DNA of 64,000 nucleotides from Polyangiaceae bacterium. GTDB lineage: Bacteria; Myxococcota_A; Polyangia; Polyangiales; Polyangiaceae. Every line of letters starts with the position of its first letter. Position 1 is the first letter of the stretch. The notes beneath the pieces are model-generated. The model ran no database searches, had not been told where the DNA came from, and worked only from the letters and a program-made list of their open reading frames with translations. Location: assembly GCA_965222375.1 (NCBI GenBank), contig CBDCTZ010000016.1:2560001-2624000 (forward strand), read 5' to 3'. Shown here in pieces: positions 22,448 to 35,982 of this stretch. The translations under genes were made by a program, and so were the position numbers.

Positions 22448-23251
22448 TCAGAACTGCCAGAGGGCGTGCGCCGATGAGGGGCCGATGCGGACCCCAAAAC
22501 GTCGAGCCTTCGGGCGCTTGGCGCTGTCGGCAGGTGCGTCATCTGCTCCGAACCACAGCACCGCGCCCAAGCCGGCGCCCACGATGGCTACGCCGGTTAG
22601 GATGGTGCTGGTCAGCGCCAAGGTGCGACCGCTGGAGAGCTCATCGTCCGTGCAGCGCGGGGAGCAATTGTCCTTGGCATCGCTGTGCTCCCCTTGAGCG
22701 AGCACACCCGTGAGCACCGCACCGCCGGCGGCGATGGCGCCAATACCGAGGGCGACGTAGGCAGGCACGCGGTTGGACTCGGGCTGGTCTGCGGCGGGCG
22801 GCGCTGGAGTGGGGGTGGGCGCGGGGGTCGTTTCCGATTTGGGCGGAGGGGGAGCAGGTACCGGCGCCGGCGCGGGCTCCTCTTTGGGCTGAGCCTCCAA
22901 GCGTCGCTTCAGGTTTTCGATCCGCGTCTTGACGGTCTCCGAATGGGCGCCGTCAGGCGCCGTTTTCAAGTAGCTCTCCAAGGCGTCAATGGCTTTCTGC
23001 AGCGCTCCGGTACGCTCATGCACCGTGGCGATGTTCAGCAAGATCTCCGGTCGCTTCGACAGCTCATGGGCCTTCTCGAAAGCTCGCAGCGCGTTGTCGT
23101 AGTCGCTTTCCTGGAGGTAGGCGACTCCGGACTCGAAGTGCTGTTTCGCCCGTTCGTCGGCTGTCTGCGCTTGGGCGACGCCCAGCAACAAGAACAGCGC
23201 GGTCAACGTCATTCTCAAGCTCCAGCCTAGGCCTCGCGGCATCCCCGACAT
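22448..23251 (-). CDS. Exported TPR protein with Gly-rich hydrophobic hairpin and C-terminal beta-hairpin ending in Phe
   Basis: Signal peptide, TPRs (ALRAFEKAHEL...AIDALESYL), Pro linker, two hydrophobic helices, ...AHALWQF. Confidence 0.85.
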   Translation of the reverse strand: MSGMPRGLGWSLRMTLTALFLLLGVAQAQTADERAKQHFESGVAYLQESDYDNALRAFEKAHELSKRPEILLNIATVHERTGALQKAIDALESYLKTAPDGAHSETVKTRIENLKRRLEAQPKEEPAPAPVPAPPPPKSETTPAPTPTPAPPAADQPESNRVPAYVALGIGAIAAGGAVLTGVLAQGEHSDAKDNCSPRCTDDELSSGRTLALTSTILTGVAIVGAGLGAVLWFGADDAPADSAKRPKARRFGVRIGPSSAHALWQF

Positions 23252-23383
23252 GCCCTATTCATACCGCGGTGCGGGATTGTCCTCCAGTCCGCGCCGTAGA
23301 TTTGCCGTTTCAGCCACCCGGACGCACCGCTTCGCGCAGGCGTTGCTGGCCGCCGCGAACTGGTCTACTCGCGAAACCTGCCC

Positions 23384-26749
<3,366 letters not shown>

Positions 26750-26911
26750 GGCTGGCAAACCCGGGTGCTCGCAAGCGCGGCGGCTGGGTCGCCGCACTGG
26801 GGCTTTGGTGCGGCCCCTGTGTATGGCAGGGTTTGTCCTGGAGTATCCGACGCTTACGTGCGTTTTTCCGCCAATTCGCCCAAATGCTCTGCCGCTGTTA
26901 GGTTGAGCGGG

Positions 26912-27415
26912 GTGAGCAAGGGAAAGGCATATCCCCTCGGAGCGCTACAGGAGAAGCGCAAGTCCGAGGTCGATGAGCGCGCACGGGCCCTGGCTCGAGA
27001 GCGCGCGCGCACCGAGGTGGCCAAGACCCGGGCCGTATCCGCGGAGCTGGCCCTCGATCGTCACGATCAAGCCACGAACGACGAACTGGAGTCCGAGCGC
27101 GCACAGCTGGAAGCCGGGGCGTTGCGCGTCCAAGACCTCGCTCAGGTGGCCGGTTGGGAGCACGCCGCCGCCGAACAGCGCGTGGCGCTCGAGCGCCAGC
27201 GAAGCGAGGCGGCGCAGGCTCTCGCCGCCCAGCGCGCCGCGGAAGGCACGTCGCAAGCAGAGCTGGTCCGGGCCGATGCTGACGCCGAGGCGGTTGCGAA
27301 GCACCGGAACGGATGGGAGGCGGCGCGGCGCAAGGCTCAACAAGATGCAGAAGCTGAAGCTGCGGAAGAAGCTTGGCTAGCGCGGCGTTCTGATACCGAT
27401 CGGAGCGATCCTTGA
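26912..27415 (+). CDS. SctO/YscO/FliJ-like coiled-coil stalk protein
   Basis: 167 aa all-helical; N-terminal YPL motif, C-terminal KHxxxW...ExEAAEE; start GTG 26912. Confidence 0.6.
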   Translation: MSKGKAYPLGALQEKRKSEVDERARALARERARTEVAKTRAVSAELALDRHDQATNDELESERAQLEAGALRVQDLAQVAGWEHAAAEQRVALERQRSEAAQALAAQRAAEGTSQAELVRADADAEAVAKHRNGWEAARRKAQQDAEAEAAEEAWLARRSDTDRSDP

Positions 27416-29811
27416 GACAGATTGGTGTGATCGTGGTGGGGCTCGCCTTTGCCTGCTCCGGGCAACAGAAGCCCCGCGAGCAAGCGGCGCCACCGCCATT
27501 GAGCCAACCCAAACCGGCGGCCTCTGCCGCGGTGGCGAAGTCTTCCCCTGTCGGCGGCGTCTCCTTGGAAGCCTTCGAGCCGCTGCTGTCCCAGCCGGAC
27601 CTGGCGGAAGCCAAGCAGGCGCTGTCACGGGGCGACGCCAAGCGCGCTGCGTCCTTCGTCCGAGCAAAAGCGCAGAAGGCGCCATCGGGCAGTTTGAGGT
27701 CGCTGCGCTTGCACTTTCTTTTGGGCCGCCTGCTCGACCAAGCGTCCGCGCTGAAAGCAGCGGCTGAGGCTTACAAGATCGCCGCGGCCAGCCCCTGGGC
27801 CCTTCGCGACTACGCCCGGTTCTTCCAGGCCAAGATCGCGCTGAGTCGCGGAGACTTTCGGACTGCTCTCGAACACTTCGACAAGATCACTCGGGGCCAA
27901 CCCCTTCACACACAGTCGCGGGCTCCTCGCGCCGACGCCCTAGCGGGCTTGAAGCGCTTCGACGAGGCCATCGAGGTCTGGCGGCGGCAGATTTCGGCAT
28001 CGACCAAGGGCGGCGACACGTCGACGGCGATGCGGCTTGTCGAAGCCCTGCTAGGCCGCGCTGCCGGAAACACTACGGACCCCAAAGCCAAGCTTGCAGA
28101 TGTCACCGAGGCACTGCGCCTGTCGCGGCGGGTCGGCGCGGAAGCGGCAGCCAATCGTCGGACAGCCTTGCGCGCCGGAGGCCTATCCAAGCGCGCCCTC
28201 GAGATGCTCCCGCGCGCCGAGCGCGCACGCTTCAATCAACCTTCGCCTGATGAACGCCTAGCCCGAGTGCGCGCCCTGGCAGATGCTCGCGAGCACGAGT
28301 CGGCCGAGCGAGCTGCCAACGATCTGCTCAAAGCGCTGCCCCGGGGCCAGCGCTACAACGTTGTGGGTTGCGAGGCGTCCATCTTTCGAGGCAAAGCCAT
28401 TTCGGCCCAGCGGGAGACCGGCCGCGCCGCCGACTCACTGAAGGAAGCTATCAAGCACTGCAAGGATCCAAACCAGCGCGCCCGCTCCTTGTACTTGGCC
28501 GGGCGCTACGCAGCTCGGGATGGGCGTCACGCCCAAGCGGTTCAACACTTCGCACAGTTGGAAAAAGAGCAACCGAAGCACCGACTCTCGGACGATGCGC
28601 GCATGCTTCGGGCCCTGTCTTATTTCGACATGGGCGTGGAGGCGCGCTTCACCAAGCTGCTTTCGGCAATGCCCCAGGACTACCCCGACGGCGACATGAT
28701 GCTCGACGGCGTGTTTCGCCTGGCCATGCGCCGGATCGAAAAGGGCGATTGGTCCGGAGCGGCTTCGGTCTTGGATCGCGCGGCGGACATGGTCTCGGGC
28801 CGGGATAGCGCCCGCGGGACCGAGTTTTCAGGGAGGGAGCGCTACTTCCGAGCCCGGGCCTGGATTGAAACTGGAGAAGCCGAGCGCGGTTACGCGGAGT
28901 TCGAATCGATCGTGCGAGAGCTGCCGTTGTCCTATTACATGCTGCACGCCTACTCCCGCCTGGTGGAGCGAGACCCCTTCGGTGCCAAACGGGTCCGCGA
29001 CGAGGCGGTGCAGAAGTCCGCTGCGGAGCCCTTCACCTTTCCGCAGCGCCCAGAGCTGTCCACTCCGGGTTTCACTAGGGCCATGGAGCTGCTGCGGCAG
29101 AGTGAATTCGAACTGGCGCGACAAGAGATTGAAGCGCTGGGTCTCGTCAAGCGCGGTGCCGCGCCGGAGCTGCTTTGGGCGGTTGCTCTACTCTATGCTC
29201 GCGCCGGCTCTGCCAAGGACGCCCATCAAGTGGCCCGGGGGTTGCTCACGGACTGGCTGGCGCGATGGCCCGCAGGGGATTGGGTCAAGGCCTGGGAGCT
29301 TGCGTTCCCCCGGCCTCACCGCGCTCTCGTGATTCGCGAGACGAGAAAGAACTCGGTTCCCGAGTGCCTGGTCTACGGCGTGATGCGAGAAGAGAGTGCC
29401 TTCGACGCCAAGGCTGTGAGTTATGCCAATGCCTACGGGTTGATGCAGCTGATCGTGCCCACCGCCAAGATGCTGGCCAAACCCATCGGGCTTCCTTACA
29501 GCCCTGCGGCTCTCAAACGCCCGAGCGTGAACATCTCCCTGGGCAGTCGCGGATTGGCAGAGCTGGCCAAGAGCTTCCGGACCAATCCGGTCCTGGCTAT
29601 TCCTGGTTACAATGCCGGTCCTGGCCGGCCGCGCCGGTGGCTTCGTCAGCGCCCCAGCATGGACTTCGACGTATGGGTCGAGGCGATTCCCTTCAACGAA
29701 ACGCGTCGCTACACGAAGCGCGTGCTCGCTAGCCGCGCCGCCTACGCGTTCTTATACGAGTCCAATATCGCGGACGAAATGATGGTGCTGCCCATTCGTC
29801 TTTCGCGCTGA
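27412..29811 (+). CDS. Slt-type lytic murein transglycosylase lipoprotein with TPR-like superhelix
   Basis: Lipobox LAFAC; MREESAF, GLMQL, YNAGPG and IPFNETRRY. Confidence 0.92.
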   Translation: MRQIGVIVVGLAFACSGQQKPREQAAPPPLSQPKPAASAAVAKSSPVGGVSLEAFEPLLSQPDLAEAKQALSRGDAKRAASFVRAKAQKAPSGSLRSLRLHFLLGRLLDQASALKAAAEAYKIAAASPWALRDYARFFQAKIALSRGDFRTALEHFDKITRGQPLHTQSRAPRADALAGLKRFDEAIEVWRRQISASTKGGDTSTAMRLVEALLGRAAGNTTDPKAKLADVTEALRLSRRVGAEAAANRRTALRAGGLSKRALEMLPRAERARFNQPSPDERLARVRALADAREHESAERAANDLLKALPRGQRYNVVGCEASIFRGKAISAQRETGRAADSLKEAIKHCKDPNQRARSLYLAGRYAARDGRHAQAVQHFAQLEKEQPKHRLSDDARMLRALSYFDMGVEARFTKLLSAMPQDYPDGDMMLDGVFRLAMRRIEKGDWSGAASVLDRAADMVSGRDSARGTEFSGRERYFRARAWIETGEAERGYAEFESIVRELPLSYYMLHAYSRLVERDPFGAKRVRDEAVQKSAAEPFTFPQRPELSTPGFTRAMELLRQSEFELARQEIEALGLVKRGAAPELLWAVALLYARAGSAKDAHQVARGLLTDWLARWPAGDWVKAWELAFPRPHRALVIRETRKNSVPECLVYGVMREESAFDAKAVSYANAYGLMQLIVPTAKMLAKPIGLPYSPAALKRPSVNISLGSRGLAELAKSFRTNPVLAIPGYNAGPGRPRRWLRQRPSMDFDVWVEAIPFNETRRYTKRVLASRAAYAFLYESNIADEMMVLPIRLSR

Positions 29812-29912
29812 CGCTTTGCCCATGGACACGGCTGTCCGTGCCTGGAGCGACGCGCGGGTGAGGGTGGGCCGTGTTGTCACTTTTGTAGCAGTCGGGGTAG
29901 GCTTTATCCTGG

Positions 29913-32657
29913 ATGAGACGACTACTTGTTTGGGTTTTGGCTGTCGGCTGCCTCGCCTGTGCAGAGCTGCCTGACGTGCCCGCGGGTGTGTGTGGCAACG
30001 GAGTGGTGGAAGATGGCGAGGACTGCGACAGCCTCGACGCATCTTGCGGCGCACCGGAGTCGGACGCCGCATGCCGCCAGCTGTGTGCGACGGACGATGA
30101 ATGCGGCAGCGGGGCAGCCCGCTGCGGTTTCGATGGGGTTTGTCGCTCCGCCAGTGGCGGCTTCGATCTCGTCAACGAAATCGGAACCCCGGGGGCTCAA
30201 TATGCCGACGCGGCCGACTTCGATGGCGACGGGGTCAGCGATGTGATGACCTTCGGTAGCCAACAAGTGCGCGCCTTGTTCCTGGAGGAGTCCGGAGGGC
30301 TGATCAGCGAGTCGACCCTGCCGGCCATGGCGCTTGCTCCGGCGATCGGTGACCTGACGACGGATCCCGAAGGCCAGCCGGATGGCCTGGGAGACATCGT
30401 GGATCTCACGACCAGGGGTGTGAGCGTCTTCCGGGGTCAGCCGGATCAGAGCTTTCAGAGCACGTCCTATTCGTCCATCAGCGTAGACAAGGACACGGTC
30501 ACCTACGCGGTGGTCGAGGCGCGACAGCCCACGAATCAGCAGGACCGGGTCTTCGCCTCGAACGAAGTTCTGCGGTTCATCGGCAATACCGTGCAGCACG
30601 AGCTCGACAACGAACCGCTCTTCGATCTGCCGTTCCCCGCATCGGAACTGAATCTGCCGGTCGCCGTGGCCGATATCGATATCCAAGATGGCCGCGAATC
30701 AGGCGAACTTGCCATCAGCCAGAAGGACGGAAACCTGGTGCATGTGCTGGCCGTCGCGCAGCCCGGCGCCAACGCCTGGAACAAGAACGCCGGCCTTCAT
30801 CCAACCGTGAAGCTGCCCCCGGGCGCCAAGATCAAGGGCAGGCTGTTCCTCCAGGACGTGAACGGAGACAGCATCGTCGATATTCTAGCAACGGCAGAAA
30901 CGGTTGCTGAGCCCAAGAAGCCCGCAGTGAAGGTCTTGGGCATCTACGTCAGCTTCGGAGTCGGGGACGGGACGTTCCACTCCCTCGCGTCAGAGCTACC
31001 CACTCCTCCTGCTGCAGACCAGGAATTCAAGCTGATGGCCTCGCCAGTGCCAATGCCCCCCCTTGCTCTGGCGGATCTCAACGGAGACTCCGTCATCGAT
31101 GGCGTTTTCGCGACGGCGGTCATCGTCAGCAAGCTCAAGCCCGGTGGCCCAGACGGCGACTGCAGCAAGAAAGTCCCGGGCTACTTCTGCCTGCACAATG
31201 ACGGTCCACCCTGGATCGACGCAGCCATCGGTGACTTCAATGCGACGCCAGCCAAGGACATGGCGCTGCTGCGTCTTGGCGCCCTGAATGTCGAGTTTTG
31301 GAATGGGTTGGGCAAGGGCGCCTTCAACCCCTTCTTGATCCCCACTGAAGGGTTTCCCGCTCGACTGCTGAAAGGGGATTTCGATGGCGACTTATTGCCC
31401 GACTTGGCGGTCCTCGAGCGTAGCGAGCCGACGGATCCTGCGAACCCAACGCCCAGCCTAGGGGACGACACGGTGAGCGTGTTGTTCAGTCAAGCTTTTG
31501 GCCCGCCTTTGGCGCCACAGGTCTTTGCCGAGCTGGGCAGCGTCGAACAGCTGGTGGTCGGGCGGCTGGACTTCGCCGCGGCGGACAACGTCAGTGACAT
31601 CGGTGTGCTGTCCACAGACGACCAGGGAAGCCGCGCCATCGCCATCTTCCAGGGTAGTGGGAGTCGCCTGCTTCAGTCTCCGTACCTCTTGGTAGATACG
31701 ACTACGGACGATGCAGAGCTCGCGATGCGTGCGACCGTGGGTCAGTTCGGCGCAGGCGGCAACGACATCGCGGCGGTCGCCTTCAAGGCGCTGGAACCGG
31801 GGCTGGAGCAGCATTTGTGGATTCTGCCCACGGAGGAAGAGGCGTCCATCTCGGCGGCGAACGTGGCTCTGCCGATCAAGCTGCCCGACAACTTTGATGC
31901 GTGCTCCGCTCTTCTCTTGCCCGTGGACATCGACGCGAACGGCGTCAATGAACTCGTCATGCTCTCCCGAAACATTTCTGAGGGCACGGTCGAACGCAAC
32001 AACGGCCAAGCGATGGTTTTTGCGGCGAAGGGCGAACCGCCGACCTTCGAAGCAGTGCAGGGGCCAGAACCCGTTGGCTATCGCTATAGTGCGCCTTTTG
32101 CACGGCGACCGACTTGTGACCCAACCCGAGGCACGCTGCTGAACAACTCCAAGCCGCTCTTCGATGCCCTGGGTACGGGGATTGTGCAGGCTGCGGAGTT
32201 GGATGGGCAGCCCGGCGCGGATTTGATCGCTTTGGGTAAGGAGAACGCTTCGAGCCTGGATGGACTTGTCGTCTACCCTGGCACCGCCGACGGCAAGATA
32301 CGGTTTGATGCCCCCTTGGTGCTCGCGGTGCCTGGAGCCAAGCACTTGGTCGGCTTCACACTGATCCAAGCTGATCGGGATGACGCACCCGAGCTGGCGC
32401 TAATCACGGATGAAGGGTTGGTCATTGGCGAACTGGACGTAGGGGCCAAGACGGTCACCATCGCGGCTCCGATCGGGCCACTGGATTTCACCGGTGGCTT
32501 CTTGGGTAAGGACGAACCATTCCTTCCAGGGCTGGGCGCTCGAGAGTCTCGCGCTTTTGCCCTAATCGCCAATGACATCGATAGGGATGGCGTTGAGGAC
32601 CTGGTGCTGGGCTTCAACGGTTTTCTACGCATCCTGAAAGGCAGGGAGTTTCGATGA
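29913..32657 (+). CDS. FG-GAP/VCBS-repeat lipoprotein with myxobacterial Cys-rich repeat
   Basis: Lipobox-like CLAC; CGNGVVEDGEDCD; multiple D-F/L-D/N-G-D motifs. Confidence 0.88.
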   Translation: MRRLLVWVLAVGCLACAELPDVPAGVCGNGVVEDGEDCDSLDASCGAPESDAACRQLCATDDECGSGAARCGFDGVCRSASGGFDLVNEIGTPGAQYADAADFDGDGVSDVMTFGSQQVRALFLEESGGLISESTLPAMALAPAIGDLTTDPEGQPDGLGDIVDLTTRGVSVFRGQPDQSFQSTSYSSISVDKDTVTYAVVEARQPTNQQDRVFASNEVLRFIGNTVQHELDNEPLFDLPFPASELNLPVAVADIDIQDGRESGELAISQKDGNLVHVLAVAQPGANAWNKNAGLHPTVKLPPGAKIKGRLFLQDVNGDSIVDILATAETVAEPKKPAVKVLGIYVSFGVGDGTFHSLASELPTPPAADQEFKLMASPVPMPPLALADLNGDSVIDGVFATAVIVSKLKPGGPDGDCSKKVPGYFCLHNDGPPWIDAAIGDFNATPAKDMALLRLGALNVEFWNGLGKGAFNPFLIPTEGFPARLLKGDFDGDLLPDLAVLERSEPTDPANPTPSLGDDTVSVLFSQAFGPPLAPQVFAELGSVEQLVVGRLDFAAADNVSDIGVLSTDDQGSRAIAIFQGSGSRLLQSPYLLVDTTTDDAELAMRATVGQFGAGGNDIAAVAFKALEPGLEQHLWILPTEEEASISAANVALPIKLPDNFDACSALLLPVDIDANGVNELVMLSRNISEGTVERNNGQAMVFAAKGEPPTFEAVQGPEPVGYRYSAPFARRPTCDPTRGTLLNNSKPLFDALGTGIVQAAELDGQPGADLIALGKENASSLDGLVVYPGTADGKIRFDAPLVLAVPGAKHLVGFTLIQADRDDAPELALITDEGLVIGELDVGAKTVTIAAPIGPLDFTGGFLGKDEPFLPGLGARESRAFALIANDIDRDGVEDLVLGFNGFLRILKGREFR

Positions 32658-33898
32658 GACGTGCGCTGTGTATCCTCGCCGCAGGCTTGTTTCTGAGCGG
32701 TAGCGCGCTTTCCCAGGACAAAGGTGGCGACGCGCGCGCTTTCTTCAACATCGGCGCCAAGGCCTACCAGGCGGGCAAGTACAAGAACGCCATCAGCGCT
32801 TTCGAGGAAGCCTACAAGCGCGCGCAGCGTCCCGGTCTGTTGTTCTCACTCGGGCAGGCCCACCGCATGCAGTTCTTCCGGGACAGCGATTCGGCTCGGC
32901 TCCGAGATGCGGTTCGCTACTACCGCGACTACCTGAAGAAGGATCCGGGCGGTCGTCGTGCCGGGGAAGCCACCGAGGCGCTGGAAAAGCTCGTCCCCCT
33001 GCTCGAAAGGCTGAGCGACTCGGCTGAGGGTGAGACGCCGTCGGCGCCGGCGACGAAGGCGAGCAAACCACGTGTGATGATCAGCTCTCCGACCGAGGGT
33101 GCCAAGATCTTCTTCGATGGCAAGCCCGTGGAGGGGTCGACCTTCATCGCCGAGGTGGCGCCGGGCAAGCACAAGGTGATGATCCGTGCCCAGGGATATC
33201 AGGATTACGTTCGCGAAGTGACTGTCGACCCGGTTGGCGGAGCGCCGCCCATCGATGTGGCTCTCACCGAAAAGCCCGCCGAGGTCTGGCTGGTCGCGCC
33301 GGGCGGTTCCGAAATCTCTGTCAACGGACGTTTCATCGGCACGGCGCCCCAGCCGGCAATCAAACTACCTGCTGGTAGCCACTTCATCGCAGTCACCCAA
33401 AACGGCAAGCGAGCGTTCACCAAGACCGTGAAACTCAGCCGAGGCGAGAAACAACGCATCACCGTGGACTTGGAGACCACGGGCCAGCGAACGGCGGCGT
33501 GGATCACTCTGGGGGTCGGTGCTGGCGCCGTGATTGGTAGTGGCGTGCTAGGCGCGCTGGCGTTCAAGGCCGAGAGCGACGCTCAATCCATCCTCGATGA
33601 CGTGGACGGCGCGGGGAACGCCAAGGCCAGCGCGCTCGCGGACTACGAAGACAAACGTGATCAGCGCGACAATTTCCGCTTGGCATCCTTCATCGCCGGT
33701 GGCGCGGGTCTCGCGTTGATCGGGACATCCATTGTCTTGTTCTCTTTCGACGAACCCCGCGTGCAGGTACCCGAGCTCGACAAGAAGAAAGGCCCTTCGC
33801 CCAAGCCATCTCCCGGGGCGCCGGGCAGCATGGAGATATCCTTAGCTCCCAGTTTTGGGCCTGGCGGCTCGTTGATGTCGCTGCGCGGTCGCTTCTGA
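32654..33898 (+). CDS. TPR plus two PEGA domains, Gly-rich hairpin and C-terminal beta-hairpin (…LRGRF)
   Basis: ATGA overlap with the upstream gene; TPR; two PEGA-like units (PGKHKV, AGSHFI). Confidence 0.88.
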   Translation: MRRALCILAAGLFLSGSALSQDKGGDARAFFNIGAKAYQAGKYKNAISAFEEAYKRAQRPGLLFSLGQAHRMQFFRDSDSARLRDAVRYYRDYLKKDPGGRRAGEATEALEKLVPLLERLSDSAEGETPSAPATKASKPRVMISSPTEGAKIFFDGKPVEGSTFIAEVAPGKHKVMIRAQGYQDYVREVTVDPVGGAPPIDVALTEKPAEVWLVAPGGSEISVNGRFIGTAPQPAIKLPAGSHFIAVTQNGKRAFTKTVKLSRGEKQRITVDLETTGQRTAAWITLGVGAGAVIGSGVLGALAFKAESDAQSILDDVDGAGNAKASALADYEDKRDQRDNFRLASFIAGGAGLALIGTSIVLFSFDEPRVQVPELDKKKGPSPKPSPGAPGSMEISLAPSFGPGGSLMSLRGRF

Positions 33899-33965
33899 AA
33901 GCCCGGTATTTTCCGAGGGTAAGTAGCGACGGCTGCCCAGTCGGGTTACCCTCCTTTTCCCTGCT

Positions 33966-35558
33966 ATGGCGACGTGCCCCAAGTGTCAGAAGCACTTCCC
34001 CGACGATGTGCACACCTGCGCGGATGACGGCACGACCTTGTTGCCGGACGTCGCTGCCCAAGGCCTGGACAAGGAGTTGGCGGCAGGCCACATGGTCGGT
34101 GAGTACCGCATCGAATCCAAACTCGGCGAAGGCGGATTCGGCATGGTCTACAAGGCGCTGCAACCGGTCATTGGAAAGCCCGTCGCGATCAAGATCCTGA
34201 ATCGGGAGCTGTCGAGCAACCCGGACATGGTCTCGCGGTTCGTGGATGAGGCACGGGCCGTCAATCAGATCCGCAGCCGCTACATCATCGACATCTTCGC
34301 CTTCGGCGCGCTGCCGGATGGTCGCCAATACTTCGTGATGGAGCTTCTAGACGGCATCACCCTGGAGGACCATCTGGAGGCTCAAGGTCGGCTGGCACCT
34401 GCGGAAGTGGCTCAGCTGCTGCGAAATGTGGGTCGCGCCCTGGAGGCCGCCCACGCTGCGGGCATCGTGCATCGGGATCTAAAGCCCGAGAATATCTTCT
34501 TGATCAAAGAAGAGGATGGCAGCGCGACGCCGAAGCTACTCGACTTCGGAATCGCAAAACTGGCTGGTGACAAGACCAGCGCCAAGACCCGTACGGGGGT
34601 GCCCATGGGCACGCCGTACTACATGTCTCCCGAACAGTGCCGTGGCGACAAGATCGATCACCGCACGGACATCTACTCCCTCGGCGTCGTGGTGCATCAA
34701 TTGATCACCGGCACGCTGCCCTTCTCCGCGGATTCCTTCATGCAGGTGTTGTTCAAGCACGCTAGCGAGCCACCGCCGAAGCCATCCATGGTGTGTCCGG
34801 AGTTGGGCACGCGCTACGACGAGCCAGTTCTGGCCATGCTGGCGAAGTCGCCGGATCAGCGGCCCCAGAGCGCTAGCCAGGCCATCGAGAACTTCGCTGC
34901 CTGCGTGCCGGCCGGAGCCACTCTCAACGAGTTCTCGGCTGGAGCAACGGTCCCCGCCCACGTTGCCATGAGCGCCGCCACACCCGCCGATTTGGCGTCC
35001 CTGCGCGCGGCGACTCCGCCGGACCTCGCCGGGCGTACTGCGCCGCCTCTCGAGACGAGCCCTCGCTCTAGTTCATCCAAAGGCGTCGTGTTTGCAGCGG
35101 TAGGCTTGGTCGTGTTGGTGGGGTTGGGTTTGGGTGCTTTTGCGCTCACTCGTTCCTCGGATGCTTCTCCGCCGACAAATGAAACCGTGGCGGCACAACC
35201 CACCGCGCCGCCGGCGGGGACGCCTTCCGCTGCGCCATCAGCGGTCCCCGAAGTGGAGCCCGCACCCGTTTCCACTACCGTCAGCTTGGAGATCCAGTCG
35301 GAGCCGCCGGAGGTGGACGTCTTTCTGGGGGACAAGAAACTCGGGAGCTTGCCTGCCGATAGCATCGAAGTGGATCGCGGCGAAGAGCAGCTCGAACTGA
35401 CCATCAAAGCGGAGGGCTACGAGCCGAGCCAATTGAGCGTCAAGCCTACTGCGAACGCGGTGCTTTCCGTGAAGCTCAAGAAGGTCGTGAAGAAGAGTCG
35501 ACCGCGGCCGCGGCCGAAGCCCCCGGGTGGGGGGACGTCTTCAGAGCTCGAGTTCTGA
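33966..35558 (+). CDS. Membrane Ser/Thr kinase (N-terminal Cys motif, TM, periplasmic PEGA-like domain)
   Basis: CPKC...C; GEGGFG, HRDLKPEN, DFG and SPE; TM; SEPPEVDV. Confidence 0.95.
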   Translation: MATCPKCQKHFPDDVHTCADDGTTLLPDVAAQGLDKELAAGHMVGEYRIESKLGEGGFGMVYKALQPVIGKPVAIKILNRELSSNPDMVSRFVDEARAVNQIRSRYIIDIFAFGALPDGRQYFVMELLDGITLEDHLEAQGRLAPAEVAQLLRNVGRALEAAHAAGIVHRDLKPENIFLIKEEDGSATPKLLDFGIAKLAGDKTSAKTRTGVPMGTPYYMSPEQCRGDKIDHRTDIYSLGVVVHQLITGTLPFSADSFMQVLFKHASEPPPKPSMVCPELGTRYDEPVLAMLAKSPDQRPQSASQAIENFAACVPAGATLNEFSAGATVPAHVAMSAATPADLASLRAATPPDLAGRTAPPLETSPRSSSSKGVVFAAVGLVVLVGLGLGAFALTRSSDASPPTNETVAAQPTAPPAGTPSAAPSAVPEVEPAPVSTTVSLEIQSEPPEVDVFLGDKKLGSLPADSIEVDRGEEQLELTIKAEGYEPSQLSVKPTANAVLSVKLKKVVKKSRPRPRPKPPGGGTSSELEF

Positions 35559-35567
35559 GCGACGTAG

Positions 35568-35912
35568 CTAGAATCGACCCCGCACACCCGCGCTCGAGGG
35601 GCCGACCCAGATCGATGCCGAGCTGCTCGGTGGTTTTTCAGCGCCGCCGCGGGTCAGATCCCAAATTCCGATTACGGCGCCAACGCCTGCTACCGCAAAG
35701 GAGATAGTCGAGACCGTGCCCAGGGTTTTTCCGGAGTCGATGCCCCCCAGCACCACAGGGTCTTGTCAGACAGGATGGCGCAGCTGCTCTTCGGGCCCGC
35801 CGCCGCAGTTTTCCGTGCAGTCGACCTTCTCGAGGTCGCTGAGACCCGACAGGGCATTGCAGCCCAGGGCGAGGGCAGCGAAAAGCGCCATTTGTGCTGC
35901 TCGTTGCCCCAT
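35568..35912 (-). pseudogene. Collapsed remnant of an RCC1-repeat lipoprotein plus TPR/PEGA-type gene pair
   Basis: Lipoprotein N-terminus (LALGC), one RCC1 blade (SSCAILSDKTLWCWG) and a TPR/PEGA-type C-terminus (…AGVRGRF) abutting across frame changes. Confidence 0.75.
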
Positions 35913-35982
35913 GGTCCCGGATTGCCTTGCGCCTCTTGATTGGGTCCGCCGCACGGCTGCGGCGGACCGGGGTGACCCGCGA

